Shown: one piece after another, positions 38,803-48,883 of the stretch
Layout: every line of letters starts with the position of its first letter
How positions within the stretch are numbered: the stretch's first letter is position 1
Assembly: GCA_963806185.1 (NCBI GenBank)
Contig: CAWDXE010000007.1
Coordinates: 864,001 to 928,000, forward strand
DNA from: an uncultured candidate division Zixibacteria bacterium
GTDB lineage: Bacteria; Zixibacteria; MSB-5A5; GN15; FEB-12
Reading direction: 5' to 3'
DNA: 64,000 bases
Made by a program: the position numbers and the translations under genes
Notes under the pieces: generated by a model
What the model was told of the DNA's origin: nothing
Seen by the model: the letters and a program-made list of their open reading frames with translations, nothing else
The model's database searches: none

Positions 38803-40089
38803 ATGGCCAAGACCGTAAGCAAAGTGACAGGTGACGGGAAGTACCAGAAAACGGTACTTCCCAACGGTATTCGGGTACTCACGGAAACCATGCCGGCCGT
38901 GCGTTCGATTTCGATCGGCGTATGGGTGGATTGTGGTTCCCGCAATGAGTCGCTCGAAGAGGCCGGCCTGTCGCACTTCATCGAACATATGGTTTTCAAA
39001 GGGACCCGGCGGCGGTCGGCGAAGCAGATTGCCGACTCGCTGGAGTCGGTGGGCGGGTCGCTCAATGCGTTTACGTCGCGCGAGCAGACCTGCTTCACGG
39101 CCCGGGTGCTGGATGAATATCTCATTGATGCCATTGACGTACTGGCCGATCTAACGTGCCATGCGACGTTCAGCAAGGTAAATATGGATCGCGAGCGCCA
39201 GGTGATTTGCGAGGAAATCAAAGAATCACTGGACAATCCGGCGGATTATATTCACGATCTTTTTGCGCATGCCTTCTGGGGTGGGACCCACTCGCTGGGG
39301 CTGCCGATCATGGGCACACGGCAATCGATCATGAAGATGCCGCGCGGTCGGATGCTTGAGTATCGCGAACGGAATTACCGGGCCGGATCGGTGGTGGTGG
39401 CGGCGGCGGGGGCTATTTCGCACGCAAAGCTGGTAAAGTTGGTTACTCAGCACTTTTCATTTGAGCCCGGGTTAGTACCGGAGCCGGTCAAAGCGGTGCG
39501 GATGTTTGACAGCCGCATCAGCATTCGCGAAGATGACAATTCGCAAACGCACTTCTGCCTGGGCTTCAGCGGCCTTCCGTACGGCGATAAGCGACGGATG
39601 GCGGTGGTGGCGCTGAATACCTATTTGGGCGGCGGGATGTCGTCGGTATTGTTCCAGAAAATCCGCGAGGATCGCGGGCTGGCGTATTCGGTGTATTCGT
39701 ATCACGATTTCTATCGTGACGCGGGTGTCTTTGCCACTTACCTGGGGACGGACAAGACACATCTTGAGCAGGCCTACGCAGTTATCATTGCCGAATGCCG
39801 GAAGATGAAGCGCAAGAAACTGCCATTGTCGGTGCTGGAGAAGGTCAAGGCGCAGATCAAGGGACATATGTCACTTGGGCTGGAGTCGACATCGAGTCAC
39901 ATGAACCGGATTGCTCGACTGGAGATCATGCTGGGGAAATTCTTCACGCTGCGCGAGTCACTGCGCGATGTCGATAAGGTAACCTCGCGAGATATTCTCG
40001 AGGTGGCGAACGAGATTTTTGACGAGCGTAGTATGGCGATTGCCGTGCTCGGGCCGGTGAGCAAGGGGCTGTTTACCCATGCGGCGTGA
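38803..40089 (+). CDS. M16 family (pitrilysin) zinc peptidase
   Basis: GSRNE...GLSHFIEHMVFKGT (HxxEH), NAFTSRE, GGGMSS.LFQKIRE.RGLAYSV. Confidence 0.93.
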   Translation: MAKTVSKVTGDGKYQKTVLPNGIRVLTETMPAVRSISIGVWVDCGSRNESLEEAGLSHFIEHMVFKGTRRRSAKQIADSLESVGGSLNAFTSREQTCFTARVLDEYLIDAIDVLADLTCHATFSKVNMDRERQVICEEIKESLDNPADYIHDLFAHAFWGGTHSLGLPIMGTRQSIMKMPRGRMLEYRERNYRAGSVVVAAAGAISHAKLVKLVTQHFSFEPGLVPEPVKAVRMFDSRISIREDDNSQTHFCLGFSGLPYGDKRRMAVVALNTYLGGGMSSVLFQKIREDRGLAYSVYSYHDFYRDAGVFATYLGTDKTHLEQAYAVIIAECRKMKRKKLPLSVLEKVKAQIKGHMSLGLESTSSHMNRIARLEIMLGKFFTLRESLRDVDKVTSRDILEVANEIFDERSMAIAVLGPVSKGLFTHAA

Positions 40090-40882
40090 GCCGTCAGCAG
40101 AACCGTCGGTACCGCTCATTCTCTCGTTTCACCAGATTCACGATCGGTTCTCATTCGGCGTCACCAATTACTCTCCAAGGCGATTTTTCGACCTGCTTTC
40201 CTTTATTAAGGGGAGCGGGTTTTCGTTTGTGTCGGTGGAAGACATCATGACAAGGCCCGGAGCGGATCGGGTGGCGATAACCTTTGACGACGGGTACCAG
40301 CACCTGACGCAGATTATTCCTCGAGCGATGGATGAGTTTGGTGTGAGGCCGACGATATTCGTGCCGACGGCGTACATCGGCCGCGGCAACGCGTGGGATT
40401 ACAGTCACCGGTTTCACCCGTTGCATCATCTCAATGAAGGCGAGATCCGGCAATTGGTCAGGACAGGCGTTGAGATCGGATCGCACGGGCACAGCCACTT
40501 GTCGCTGGTGGGGCTGGATACCGAAGAGCTGGAGCGAGAGTTGGTGCGTTCGAAACAGGGGTTGGAGGAACTAACGGGGACATCGGTGCACGCAATCGGC
40601 TATCCGTTTGGGCGGGTCGATCAACAGGTCCGGAGAGCGGCTCGAGACGCAGGCTACAGATATGGATTCACGATGGCGCACCCAACGACGAGCGATGATG
40701 CGATGGCGACCGGACGAATTGCCGTGTACGTATTTGATACACCGCTCGTGGTGCTGAGACGATTGAGAAGGGGACCGTGGGCGGAGATCGAGCGGGTAAA
40801 GGCGAAGATCGTCAACAGCCTGGCGGGGGGCACAATCTTATTGGACCGTATCAAGGGGAGACGAGCGGCCGGGCACCGGTAG
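40079..40882 (+). CDS. Polysaccharide deacetylase family protein
   Basis: ILSFHQI, AITFDDGY, EIGSHGHSH, YPFG. Confidence 0.88.
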   Translation: MRREPSAEPSVPLILSFHQIHDRFSFGVTNYSPRRFFDLLSFIKGSGFSFVSVEDIMTRPGADRVAITFDDGYQHLTQIIPRAMDEFGVRPTIFVPTAYIGRGNAWDYSHRFHPLHHLNEGEIRQLVRTGVEIGSHGHSHLSLVGLDTEELERELVRSKQGLEELTGTSVHAIGYPFGRVDQQVRRAARDAGYRYGFTMAHPTTSDDAMATGRIAVYVFDTPLVVLRRLRRGPWAEIERVKAKIVNSLAGGTILLDRIKGRRAAGHR

Positions 40883-40890
40883 GAAAAATG

Positions 40891-40919
40891 TTGCCATCGG
40901 TGGCAGATTCGGATAGTTT
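40891..40919 (+). promoter_or_regulatory. Putative sigma70 promoter of leuS
   Basis: TTGCCA-N17-TAGTTT. Confidence 0.5.
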
Positions 40920-40958
40920 AGGCTCCATTATGTCTTTACCGGAGATTGGGATAGAATC

Positions 40959-43454
40959 ATGTCGCAGATAGACAAGGCACCCCGTCGATACGATTTCGCG
41001 ACGATTGAAGCGAAATGGCAGGCGAAATGGGAGACCGACGGGCTGTATCGCGCCCCGCAACATCCACCGCAAGACAACAAGTTCTACATGCTGGTGATGT
41101 TCGCCTATCCGTCGGGTGACATTCACATGGGGCATTTTCGCAACTACATCATAGGTGACGCAGTGGCCCGGTGGCAGATGATGCAGGGAAAGTCGGTGCT
41201 GCATCCGTTTGGATGGGATGCGTTTGGACTGCCGGCCGAGCGGGCAGCGATTCAACGCGGCATACCGCCGGCCGATTGGACCAATCAGAATATCGGAGTG
41301 TCGAGAAGTACACTGCAAAAAGTGGGCATCTCATTCGACTGGACGCGAGAGGTGATTACGTGCCACCCGGATTACTATAAGTTTACGCAGTGGATGTTCG
41401 TGCAGTTGTTCAAGCACGGGCTGGCCTACCGGAAGCGGGGATTCGTCAACTGGTGCCCGGAAGACAAGACGGTGCTGGCCAACGAGCAGGTCAAAGACGG
41501 TCGGTGCGAGCGGTGTGGGACCGTAGTTGAGAAGCGCGATCAGATTCAATGGACATTTAAGATTACGGCATATGCTGACCGTCTGACCGATGATCTCGAC
41601 AAGCTCTCCGGCTGGCCGGAAAATGTCAAGACGATGCAGAAGGAATGGATCGGGCGATCGTACGGCCTCGAGGTGGATTTCAAGCTTGAGGAAACCGGTG
41701 AACTGATTCCGATTTTCACGACCCGACCAGACACGATTTTTGGCGTGACGTTTATGGCGGTATCGCCCGAATCCGAATTACTGCTTAAGCTGAAACTAGA
41801 ACCGGCGTATGCCGAGAAGGTCACGGAGTACCAGAAACTGGCCGCGACGCGCACCGATATCGAGCGGGCAGCGGTCAGCCAGGACAAAGACGGTGTCTTT
41901 ACCGGTAAGTATGTGATCAATCCGTTTAACGGTGAGCGGGTCCAGCTCTGGGTGGCCGATTATGTGCTCGCCGGGTATGGTACAGGCGCGGTGATGGCAG
42001 TGCCGGCGCATGACACGCGGGATAGTGCGTTCGCGAAGAAGTACGGCATTCCGATCAAGATCGTGATTCACCCGGACGAGCATACGGTGCTGGAACTCAA
42101 GACGATGACTGAGGCCTACACGGAATATGGGCCGATGGTCAATTCGGGTCAGTTCAATGGACTCGCGGCAGAGAAAGCAATTGATGCGGTAAGCGACTTC
42201 GCTGAAAAGCAGGGGTTTGGGCGAAGAAAGGTCCAGTACAAGTTGAAGGATTGGTCAGTCTCGCGGCAACGATACTGGGGGGCGCCGATTCCGATTATTC
42301 ATTGTCCGAAGTGCGGCCTCGTGCCGGTACCCGAAAGTGACTTGCCTGTGCTGCTGCCAAAGACCGACAACTATATGCCCAAGGGAAGATCGCCGCTGGC
42401 CGATGTTGCCGAATACATGCGCGTGAAGTGCCCGAGCTGTGGGGGAGAGGCGGAGCGGGATCCGGACACGATGGATACGTTTGTGGACTCGTCGTGGTAC
42501 CATTTGCGGTATGCGGACGCTGAGAATGCAGATAAGCCGTTCGATCCGCAAATGGCCAAGGAGTGGCTGCCGATAGACTTATATGTGGGCGGGATCACTC
42601 ATGCGACGGGTCATTTGCTCTATTTTCGGTTCTTTACCAAGTTTCTGAAAGATATCGGGTGGCTGACCTTTGATGAGCCGGCCACGCGGTTGTTCAACCA
42701 TGGGATGGTCATGGACTCGCAGGGGCGGGTGATGTCGAAGTCACTGGGGAATGTCGTCTCGCCGATCGCGGTCATGAAGGAGCGCGGAACGGATGTGGCA
42801 CGGCTGGGGATGTATTTCACGGCGCCGTCGGAAAAGGAAGTTCTCTGGACTAATGATGTTCTGACCGGGGTTGAAAAATTTCTGTTGAACAAGCTGTATC
42901 CGATCGTAAAGGATTATCGGGGTTCAAAGCCGGACTTAAAGCGATACTTTAACCAGGCCGAACTGAGCGAATACGAACGGTCGATCTATATCAAGTTGAA
43001 TCAGACGGTCAAACGGGTCAGCGACGGATTTGAGCGGCTTCAGTTTAACACGGCAATTTCGGCGCTCATGGAGCTGGCCAGGGATTTCGAGACCGACAAG
43101 ATCAGCAACGACCAGTTGAACGATCAGATTGTGCTCAAGATCATTCAAATGGCTGCGCCGATGACGCCACATACGTCGGAAGAACTCTGGGAAGCGGCGA
43201 GATTCACGGATTCGGTGTTTAAGTCGAGCTGGCCGACGTATGATCCAAGCGCCATTGTCGGCGACGAGATCGAGATAGCGGTGCAGGTTAATGGGAAGCT
43301 ACGGGATTTGGTCAAGGTTGCGGCGGATGCCGACCAAGATGCGGTAGAAAAAGCAGCGATGGCGAGCCAGAAAGTGCAGAGTCAGCTGGACGGGAAGCAG
43401 ATCGTCAAGAAGATATATGTCAAGGGACGGCTGTTGAATATCGTAGTTCGGTGA
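40959..43454 (+). CDS. leuS: Leucine--tRNA ligase
   Basis: YPSGDIHMGH, GWDAFGLPAE, FTTRPDT, GTGAVMAVPAHD, SRQRYWG, DTMDTFVDSSWY, VMSKSLGN, VQVNGKLR. Confidence 0.98.
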   Translation: MSQIDKAPRRYDFATIEAKWQAKWETDGLYRAPQHPPQDNKFYMLVMFAYPSGDIHMGHFRNYIIGDAVARWQMMQGKSVLHPFGWDAFGLPAERAAIQRGIPPADWTNQNIGVSRSTLQKVGISFDWTREVITCHPDYYKFTQWMFVQLFKHGLAYRKRGFVNWCPEDKTVLANEQVKDGRCERCGTVVEKRDQIQWTFKITAYADRLTDDLDKLSGWPENVKTMQKEWIGRSYGLEVDFKLEETGELIPIFTTRPDTIFGVTFMAVSPESELLLKLKLEPAYAEKVTEYQKLAATRTDIERAAVSQDKDGVFTGKYVINPFNGERVQLWVADYVLAGYGTGAVMAVPAHDTRDSAFAKKYGIPIKIVIHPDEHTVLELKTMTEAYTEYGPMVNSGQFNGLAAEKAIDAVSDFAEKQGFGRRKVQYKLKDWSVSRQRYWGAPIPIIHCPKCGLVPVPESDLPVLLPKTDNYMPKGRSPLADVAEYMRVKCPSCGGEAERDPDTMDTFVDSSWYHLRYADAENADKPFDPQMAKEWLPIDLYVGGITHATGHLLYFRFFTKFLKDIGWLTFDEPATRLFNHGMVMDSQGRVMSKSLGNVVSPIAVMKERGTDVARLGMYFTAPSEKEVLWTNDVLTGVEKFLLNKLYPIVKDYRGSKPDLKRYFNQAELSEYERSIYIKLNQTVKRVSDGFERLQFNTAISALMELARDFETDKISNDQLNDQIVLKIIQMAAPMTPHTSEELWEAARFTDSVFKSSWPTYDPSAIVGDEIEIAVQVNGKLRDLVKVAADADQDAVEKAAMASQKVQSQLDGKQIVKKIYVKGRLLNIVVR

Positions 43455-43493
43455 TTCGCGTCATTATTAAGCATCATTATATAGTGAATCAGG

Positions 43494-43520
43494 AGGCCCT
43501 CGGAAATGGGGGCCTTTTCT
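43494..43520 (+). terminator. Rho-independent terminator of leuS
   Basis: AGGCCCTC-GGAAAT-GGGGGCCT-TTTCT. Confidence 0.6.
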
Positions 43521-43530
43521 GGTATGTGTA

Positions 43531-43558
43531 AGTTAACATAATATATCTTATGAGACGC
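43531..43558 (-). other. dif site (XerC/XerD chromosome dimer resolution site)
   Basis: - strand GCGTCTCATAA-GATATA-TTATGTTAACT vs E. coli dif GGTGCGCATAA-TGTATA-TTATGTTAAAT; intergenic, at the point of gene convergence. Confidence 0.88.
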
Positions 43559-43654
43559 TCCAGTGCTTGAGCGATAAGGTATCCAAGATACTTCCCCAGC
43601 AGTGACTCATGGGTTCCAGACCAACGGTCCGGAGTGACAAATGACGCGACTCGA

Positions 43655-43912
43655 TTAGACGAGAAAGGTGATGATCAGGGACATCCAGATCAGGGCGGTG
43701 GCGAGGAAACCGGGGGTGCGGCCGTTGCCGACCAGCAAGGCAAAAGCGGAAAAGAGCAGACCGATGCCCAGTTTGGCGGTCACACGAGTAATCGGCTGAT
43801 AATGGAAAGCGTCGGCTAACAGAATGGCGCCACCAATCAAGGCGGCGGAATAGAGCAGCCACCAAGGTTGCGGCGGCGCGGCGGCTCCTCCCTTACTCTT
43901 ATCATTCCCCAT
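43655..43912 (-). CDS. Small integral membrane protein (3 TM)
   Basis: 85 aa, three hydrophobic segments, AGGAG RBS, start overlaps amidase stop. Confidence 0.7.
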   Translation of the reverse strand: MGNDKSKGGAAAPPQPWWLLYSAALIGGAILLADAFHYQPITRVTAKLGIGLLFSAFALLVGNGRTPGFLATALIWMSLIITFLV

Positions 43913-45806
43913 TGTTGAACTCCTTGAGGAACTGTTCAATACCGCGAGTGATGGCTTTCGCGATATCCTCGCGAAACTTCTTGTCCTTGAGCATGGCTTC
44001 CTGCTCAGGAATTATCATGAAGGCGCATTCGACAAGCACGGCGGGGTATTGAGTCGGTCGGGCAACCGCCAGATTGCCGTAATACAGGCCGTGGTCGGTC
44101 AATTTGGAGGCCCCGACCATTTCGGTATGAATGGCGCGCGCCAGTTTGATCGAGTGGGGATGGTAGTAATAGGCCGAGGTACCGTTGTTCAACCAGGGAT
44201 TGACACCATCAGGAAGAGCGTTGTTGTGGACCGAGACGAAGAGATCGGCACCGGCAAGTTTGGCAATGACCGGGCGCTGATTGAGTGGAATGTCGGCGGA
44301 ATCGGACCGGGTCATGATGACGGTGGCACCGTGATGGCGGAGGATGTCGGCCAGTTCGAGAGCAATGGCAAGATTCGCCTGAGCCTCGGTATAGCCGGTA
44401 GGGCCGACCGATCCGGGATCGGCCGAGTGGCCGGGGTCGACGACGATCCTCTTCCCTTTCAGGTCGGCCACGTCTTTGGGTGGCTTGATGAGCGACAGAT
44501 AGAACGTGGTGCCGTCGTAATACGTGTCGTAACCCCAAATATCCTGTGAGGTCTCCACACTGAACTCGTAGACCCCTTCATCGGGCTGCTGCCAGGTGGC
44601 CAGGGTGACGAGCGGGTCGGTGGCGTCGTAGCGAATCCAGTCGGTGTTTGAGATCACACCGAAGAGTTGGAGGCGCAGTTTGCGCGGGGAATCCTCGAAT
44701 ACACGGAACGGATGGCGGCCAGCCAGAGGGAACTGGATGTCGACAGCGGAGTCGGAGCCAAACATACGAATCGAGGTTAGTATCGATCGTGGCGGCAGAA
44801 TTCCGAACGGCAGACGTTCGCAGGAGACACTATTGACCCAGGCGCACTGATTGGGCGCGACCCGGAGGTGCCACCAGTCGGCCTCAGCGCCGACGACCAA
44901 AGCCTCTACCCCGCTCGGTTGGGCAATCGCGTAGTAACCGCGCATGGGACCGTAGCGAAGTATTTGCACCGAATCATTCAGTCGGACCGTGAAGGGGAAA
45001 CCGGGCGGATTGACACTCACCCGATAGCCGGTCTCCCGGGTGATCGGTGTCGGGGCAGGCTTGGGCGTGACGAAAGCGGCGTGAAGTTTGCCGCCCGTAG
45101 TGTCAGGGGGTTTGGCGAGATGGTAGATGATGCGCGCCGTGTCGATCTTGTCGGCGTCTTTGATCTCATAGTAGCCGGTGTAAAGGCCGCGAATGAGCAG
45201 TGAATCGGGGACGGCGCCTTTCCCGAAGACACTTTCGCCCCAGAACGGTTGCTGGCGCGGATCGGCCTCGGCCATGGGGATGGAATCTATCAATCCAGTG
45301 ATCGAAAACCAGGCGACATTTGAAGGAGCGCCGCGAAAGCGAACTTCGAGGAGATCGTCGCGACTGAGAACAAGATCGCCGCGCGGCGGCATATAGTCAC
45401 CAAGGATAACGAGCGAGTCGGGATTGAGGGTCGGGCTTGGTTCGGGAACTTTGATCCAGAGGGAATCGACCGCAACGAGCTCGGAGTCGTGTCTGGCGGT
45501 ACCGGCGGGCAGAATCGGCTTATAGAGAGTGTAGTAGAAGGTAAAATCGCCCGGCTTGAGCGGCAGGAAGGCAAGCCAGCCTCCCCCATTCTCGATCGAT
45601 ACAGCTGTGCCGTTGATATACAGGTGAAGGTCGTTGGGGTGGAAACCCTTCGGTGGTATGACGTGGCCGAGCACGAAGGTGGAATCGACGGCGGCGATGG
45701 CTTGTCCCGATTTCGGGTAGATAGTAACGATATCTGCCTTATTCTGCGCGAGGAGGGTCGAGCAGAACAATGTGATGGCAAGAGAGACAAACGACGCTTT
45801 ACCCAA
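43902..45806 (-). CDS. N-acetylmuramoyl-L-alanine amidase (Amidase_3) with long N-terminal region
   Basis: IVVDPGH...G..E..NL...VIMTR...R...ADLFVSVHNNA...PAVLVECAF; signal peptide after TTG at 45806 (start inferred). Confidence 0.88.
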   Translation of the reverse strand: MGKASFVSLAITLFCSTLLAQNKADIVTIYPKSGQAIAAVDSTFVLGHVIPPKGFHPNDLHLYINGTAVSIENGGGWLAFLPLKPGDFTFYYTLYKPILPAGTARHDSELVAVDSLWIKVPEPSPTLNPDSLVILGDYMPPRGDLVLSRDDLLEVRFRGAPSNVAWFSITGLIDSIPMAEADPRQQPFWGESVFGKGAVPDSLLIRGLYTGYYEIKDADKIDTARIIYHLAKPPDTTGGKLHAAFVTPKPAPTPITRETGYRVSVNPPGFPFTVRLNDSVQILRYGPMRGYYAIAQPSGVEALVVGAEADWWHLRVAPNQCAWVNSVSCERLPFGILPPRSILTSIRMFGSDSAVDIQFPLAGRHPFRVFEDSPRKLRLQLFGVISNTDWIRYDATDPLVTLATWQQPDEGVYEFSVETSQDIWGYDTYYDGTTFYLSLIKPPKDVADLKGKRIVVDPGHSADPGSVGPTGYTEAQANLAIALELADILRHHGATVIMTRSDSADIPLNQRPVIAKLAGADLFVSVHNNALPDGVNPWLNNGTSAYYYHPHSIKLARAIHTEMVGASKLTDHGLYYGNLAVARPTQYPAVLVECAFMIIPEQEAMLKDKKFREDIAKAITRGIEQFLKEFNNGE

Positions 45807-46830
45807 GAATATATTTCTCCAGCAGATCGCGTTTGAGAAGCGGGCCGCCGATGATTTCGCGGTCGACATCGATGTTTTCCCGATCGTAGTTGATGCCCTG
45901 CGCGATGTCATCGGCAAGCAACTGCGGACCATCGAGATCGAAATAGTCGGCGAGCGACGACATGTAGACGGACTGGGCGATGCCTACGGATGATTCGACC
46001 ATGCAGCCGAGCATGATTTTTTTCTTATCTTTGCGGGCTTCGTCGGCAATGCGAATTGCCTCGAGGATGCCGCCGCTCTTTTCCATTTTGATGTTGATGC
46101 CGTCGACGTATTGGCGGAAGAGCTTGTAATCTTCGAGCGTGTTCATGCCTTCATCGATCACCAGCTCAACTTCCTCGTTCTTCGCTTTGAGGTGCGGCCA
46201 GTCGGCGATGTGATCGGGCGTGGTCGGTTGTTCGATGATGCGAATCCCTTCCTTGTTCAAGTAGAAGATCATCTCCTCGGCCTTCTCCGGCGACCAACCG
46301 CCGTTGGCGTCGACGCGGATTTCCTTTCCCTTGATGTCTTTGAGGGCGGCGAGGAGGGCTGTGTCTTCCTCGTTACCCATTTTCACCTTGATGATCGGGT
46401 AGTTGGATTCGGTGATCGCTTTCACCATTTCGTCAGGATGGGCAATGGCGACGGTGAAAGAACTTTTGATACCGACCGGCACGCCGAGAGACAGAATTTC
46501 CCACGGATAGCGGTGGGTCTCGCCGGAAATGTAGTTGAGCACCATGCCGATCAGCGCGGATCGTGCGATTGGGTTGAGCGGCAGTTTGTTGATCAGGTCA
46601 AGCGTGTGACTGTCGATCGAAGTCTGTTTCTCCAGGAACCGGGCGCCGGTGCGCAGGTCGGTTTCGATCTGCTCCAGGGTGGGGCCGTACTGGACGGAGG
46701 CGGCTGCCTCGCCGCTATAGCGGTTGTTGAGCACGGCCAACATATTGGTTTTTACGTCAGCTTGGCCTTTGGCCACGACGAACTTCTTCTTGAGGGGGAT
46801 GCTGATCTTGACGGTGTCGATGTGTATCAT
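45799..46830 (-). CDS. L-Ala-D/L-Glu dipeptide epimerase (enolase superfamily)
   Basis: IKVKMG, IRVDANGGW, IEQP, IDEG, INIKMEKSGG, MLGCMVES, DLDGP. Confidence 0.88.
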   Translation of the reverse strand: MIHIDTVKISIPLKKKFVVAKGQADVKTNMLAVLNNRYSGEAAASVQYGPTLEQIETDLRTGARFLEKQTSIDSHTLDLINKLPLNPIARSALIGMVLNYISGETHRYPWEILSLGVPVGIKSSFTVAIAHPDEMVKAITESNYPIIKVKMGNEEDTALLAALKDIKGKEIRVDANGGWSPEKAEEMIFYLNKEGIRIIEQPTTPDHIADWPHLKAKNEEVELVIDEGMNTLEDYKLFRQYVDGINIKMEKSGGILEAIRIADEARKDKKKIMLGCMVESSVGIAQSVYMSSLADYFDLDGPQLLADDIAQGINYDRENIDVDREIIGGPLLKRDLLEKYILG

Positions 46831-47624
46831 AGGATGCGTCTCGCAAGGGCAAAATCGTGATCGAGGTCGGGGCGGTAGTCGTGATCTGTATCGCGGAGAG
46901 ATTGAATGCGGACTCCGGAGCTACCCATGGAGGAGTGGATAATGCGGTGGTTATCGAGGGCGAGGGCGACATGGCGCTTGAAGAAGAGCAGATCGCCGAC
47001 GCGAATCTGATCGCGGGGAATCTCCTGGCCGACGGTTATCTGGTCTTTGGTGTCGCGAGGGAGGTAAAATCCGAAACGCGAGAACAGGGTTCGCGTCATG
47101 CCGGAGCAGTCGGCGCCGGTGGTCGTGAGGCCGCCCCAGAGGTAGGGCACGCCGAGAAATTTCAGGGCTTCTTTCGCAACGGTGCGGCCGGACGGTTTAT
47201 GCCGGACCGGCAGGATCAGTTTGTCGACCTGGCTGCGGCGAAGATAGAATTCGGGAAGGTCGGGATAAGCGAGTTTGATGAAGCCCTGTGAAGAGGGTCT
47301 TCCCTTGACGATTGTGCCGTAGAAAAGCTGGTGCGGTGGAACGGTGCTCTTGCCCGCTTTGTCGACAAGCTTCACGGAGGGAACGGTGACGACGTAGGTA
47401 CTCTGACGATGGAGCAGTTGTTCGTCGCCGATCGACAGTGCGCGGAGGAAGCGCAGGTCGGCCCAGCCGGCGTAGCCATCGGTCTGGCGAACATGGGAGA
47501 AACCATTTTGCGTCTCCCCTACTTCCAGGGATTCGGCGAAAAACAGCTGGCTGGCCCGTTCGGAGTTGAATTTGGGTTCGGTCCAGAGATCCAGGAGATT
47601 GGTCGTCACGTACGCTTTTTCCAT
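46827..47624 (-). CDS. SH3-NlpC/P60 peptidase (YkfC-like gamma-D-Glu-diamino acid endopeptidase)
   Basis: SQLFFAE...DGYAGW; FLGVPYLWGG...DCSG...LPRD..Q...GDLLFF..HV....IIHS. Confidence 0.88.
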   Translation of the reverse strand: MEKAYVTTNLLDLWTEPKFNSERASQLFFAESLEVGETQNGFSHVRQTDGYAGWADLRFLRALSIGDEQLLHRQSTYVVTVPSVKLVDKAGKSTVPPHQLFYGTIVKGRPSSQGFIKLAYPDLPEFYLRRSQVDKLILPVRHKPSGRTVAKEALKFLGVPYLWGGLTTTGADCSGMTRTLFSRFGFYLPRDTKDQITVGQEIPRDQIRVGDLLFFKRHVALALDNHRIIHSSMGSSGVRIQSLRDTDHDYRPDLDHDFALARRIL

Positions 47625-47699
47625 GGCGAAAGCAAAGTAGGCAGCCGATCTCGGCAATCAACTAAAATCGGCTGCCCACAGGACGTGACTGAGACAGAA

Positions 47700-48872
47700 T
47701 CAGACGTGTTTCACAGCGGCCAGTTGGCGTTTGATCCGGGCGAGACCCTCACGAATGTTCTCGACCGAATTGGCGTACGAAAAGCGGATATACCCTTCGC
47801 CGTATTCGCCGAACGCTGTTCCGGCCAGACAGGCGACGCCGACTTCTTCGAGCATCATTTCCTCAAATTCTTTCGAGGTGAGACCGGTGCCGGTGATGTT
47901 CGGGAAGACATAGAACGCGCCGTGCGGCCGTTTGCAGGTGATGCCTTCGATCTGATTGAGGCCATCGACAATGACATCACGGCGACGGTGGAATTCGGCC
48001 ACCATCTTGTCGATGTCGGATTGCGGACCCTTAAGGGCTTCGATCAGGGCATACTGAGAGAAGGTGGCGGTCGACGAGAAGTTGTTGATCGCCAGGGTGA
48101 ACATATATTCGGCCAGTTTTTTCGGCATGACGCCGAAGCCGAGGCGCCAGCCGGTCATGGCGTAGGTTTTGGACATGCCGTCGAGAATGATCGTACGCTC
48201 CATCGCACCGGGGACGGAGCCGACCGACTGGAAGTCGACATCGTAGATGATGCGGGAGTAGATTTCGTCCGAGAGAATCCAGAGGTCATGCTTTTTGGCG
48301 ATCGCGTAGACCGCCTCGAGATCGTATTGGGTCAGGATGCCGCCGGTGGGATTCTGAGGTGAGTTCAGGATGATCATGCGACTGCGGGGGGTGACGGCGA
48401 CCTCAAGATCTTTGATGAGGAAGCGGAAGTCGTTTTCTTCGCGCAGACGAATCGGCACCGGTTTGGCACCGAAGAAGGTGCTGAGACTGCGATAGGGCGG
48501 ATAGCCGGGATTCGGCACGATGACCTCGTCGCCGGGATTTATCAGCGCGATCATGCTGCAGAAGATGACCGGTTTTGCGCCCGGCAAGATGATGCAGTGT
48601 TCGGGGCCGACGTTGATGTTGCGCGTCTTGCTGACGTATTCAGCCACGACTTTGCGGGCCTCCATGATACCGCCGGATGGGGCGTAATGGGTCTGACCGT
48701 CGTGGATGGCCTTGATGGCGGCCTCGCTGATGTTTTTGGGCGTATCGAAATCCGGTTCGCCAATCTGAAGATGAATGACATGTTTGCCTTCGGCTTCCAT
48801 TTGCTTCGCTTTCGCGAGAACGACAAAGGCGCCTTCAGATTCCATGTGCATGAGACGTTCGTTGTATTGCAT
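47700..48872 (-). CDS. PLP-dependent aminotransferase class I (aspartate aminotransferase-like)
   Basis: IGEPDFDTP, GAKP, NSPQNPTG, SDEIY, GMSKTYAMTGWRLG, GAFYVF, YIRFSYA; GAGG RBS supports start 48872. Confidence 0.93.
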   Translation of the reverse strand: MQYNERLMHMESEGAFVVLAKAKQMEAEGKHVIHLQIGEPDFDTPKNISEAAIKAIHDGQTHYAPSGGIMEARKVVAEYVSKTRNINVGPEHCIILPGAKPVIFCSMIALINPGDEVIVPNPGYPPYRSLSTFFGAKPVPIRLREENDFRFLIKDLEVAVTPRSRMIILNSPQNPTGGILTQYDLEAVYAIAKKHDLWILSDEIYSRIIYDVDFQSVGSVPGAMERTIILDGMSKTYAMTGWRLGFGVMPKKLAEYMFTLAINNFSSTATFSQYALIEALKGPQSDIDKMVAEFHRRRDVIVDGLNQIEGITCKRPHGAFYVFPNITGTGLTSKEFEEMMLEEVGVACLAGTAFGEYGEGYIRFSYANSVENIREGLARIKRQLAAVKHV

Positions 48873-48883
48873 TACCATAACCT

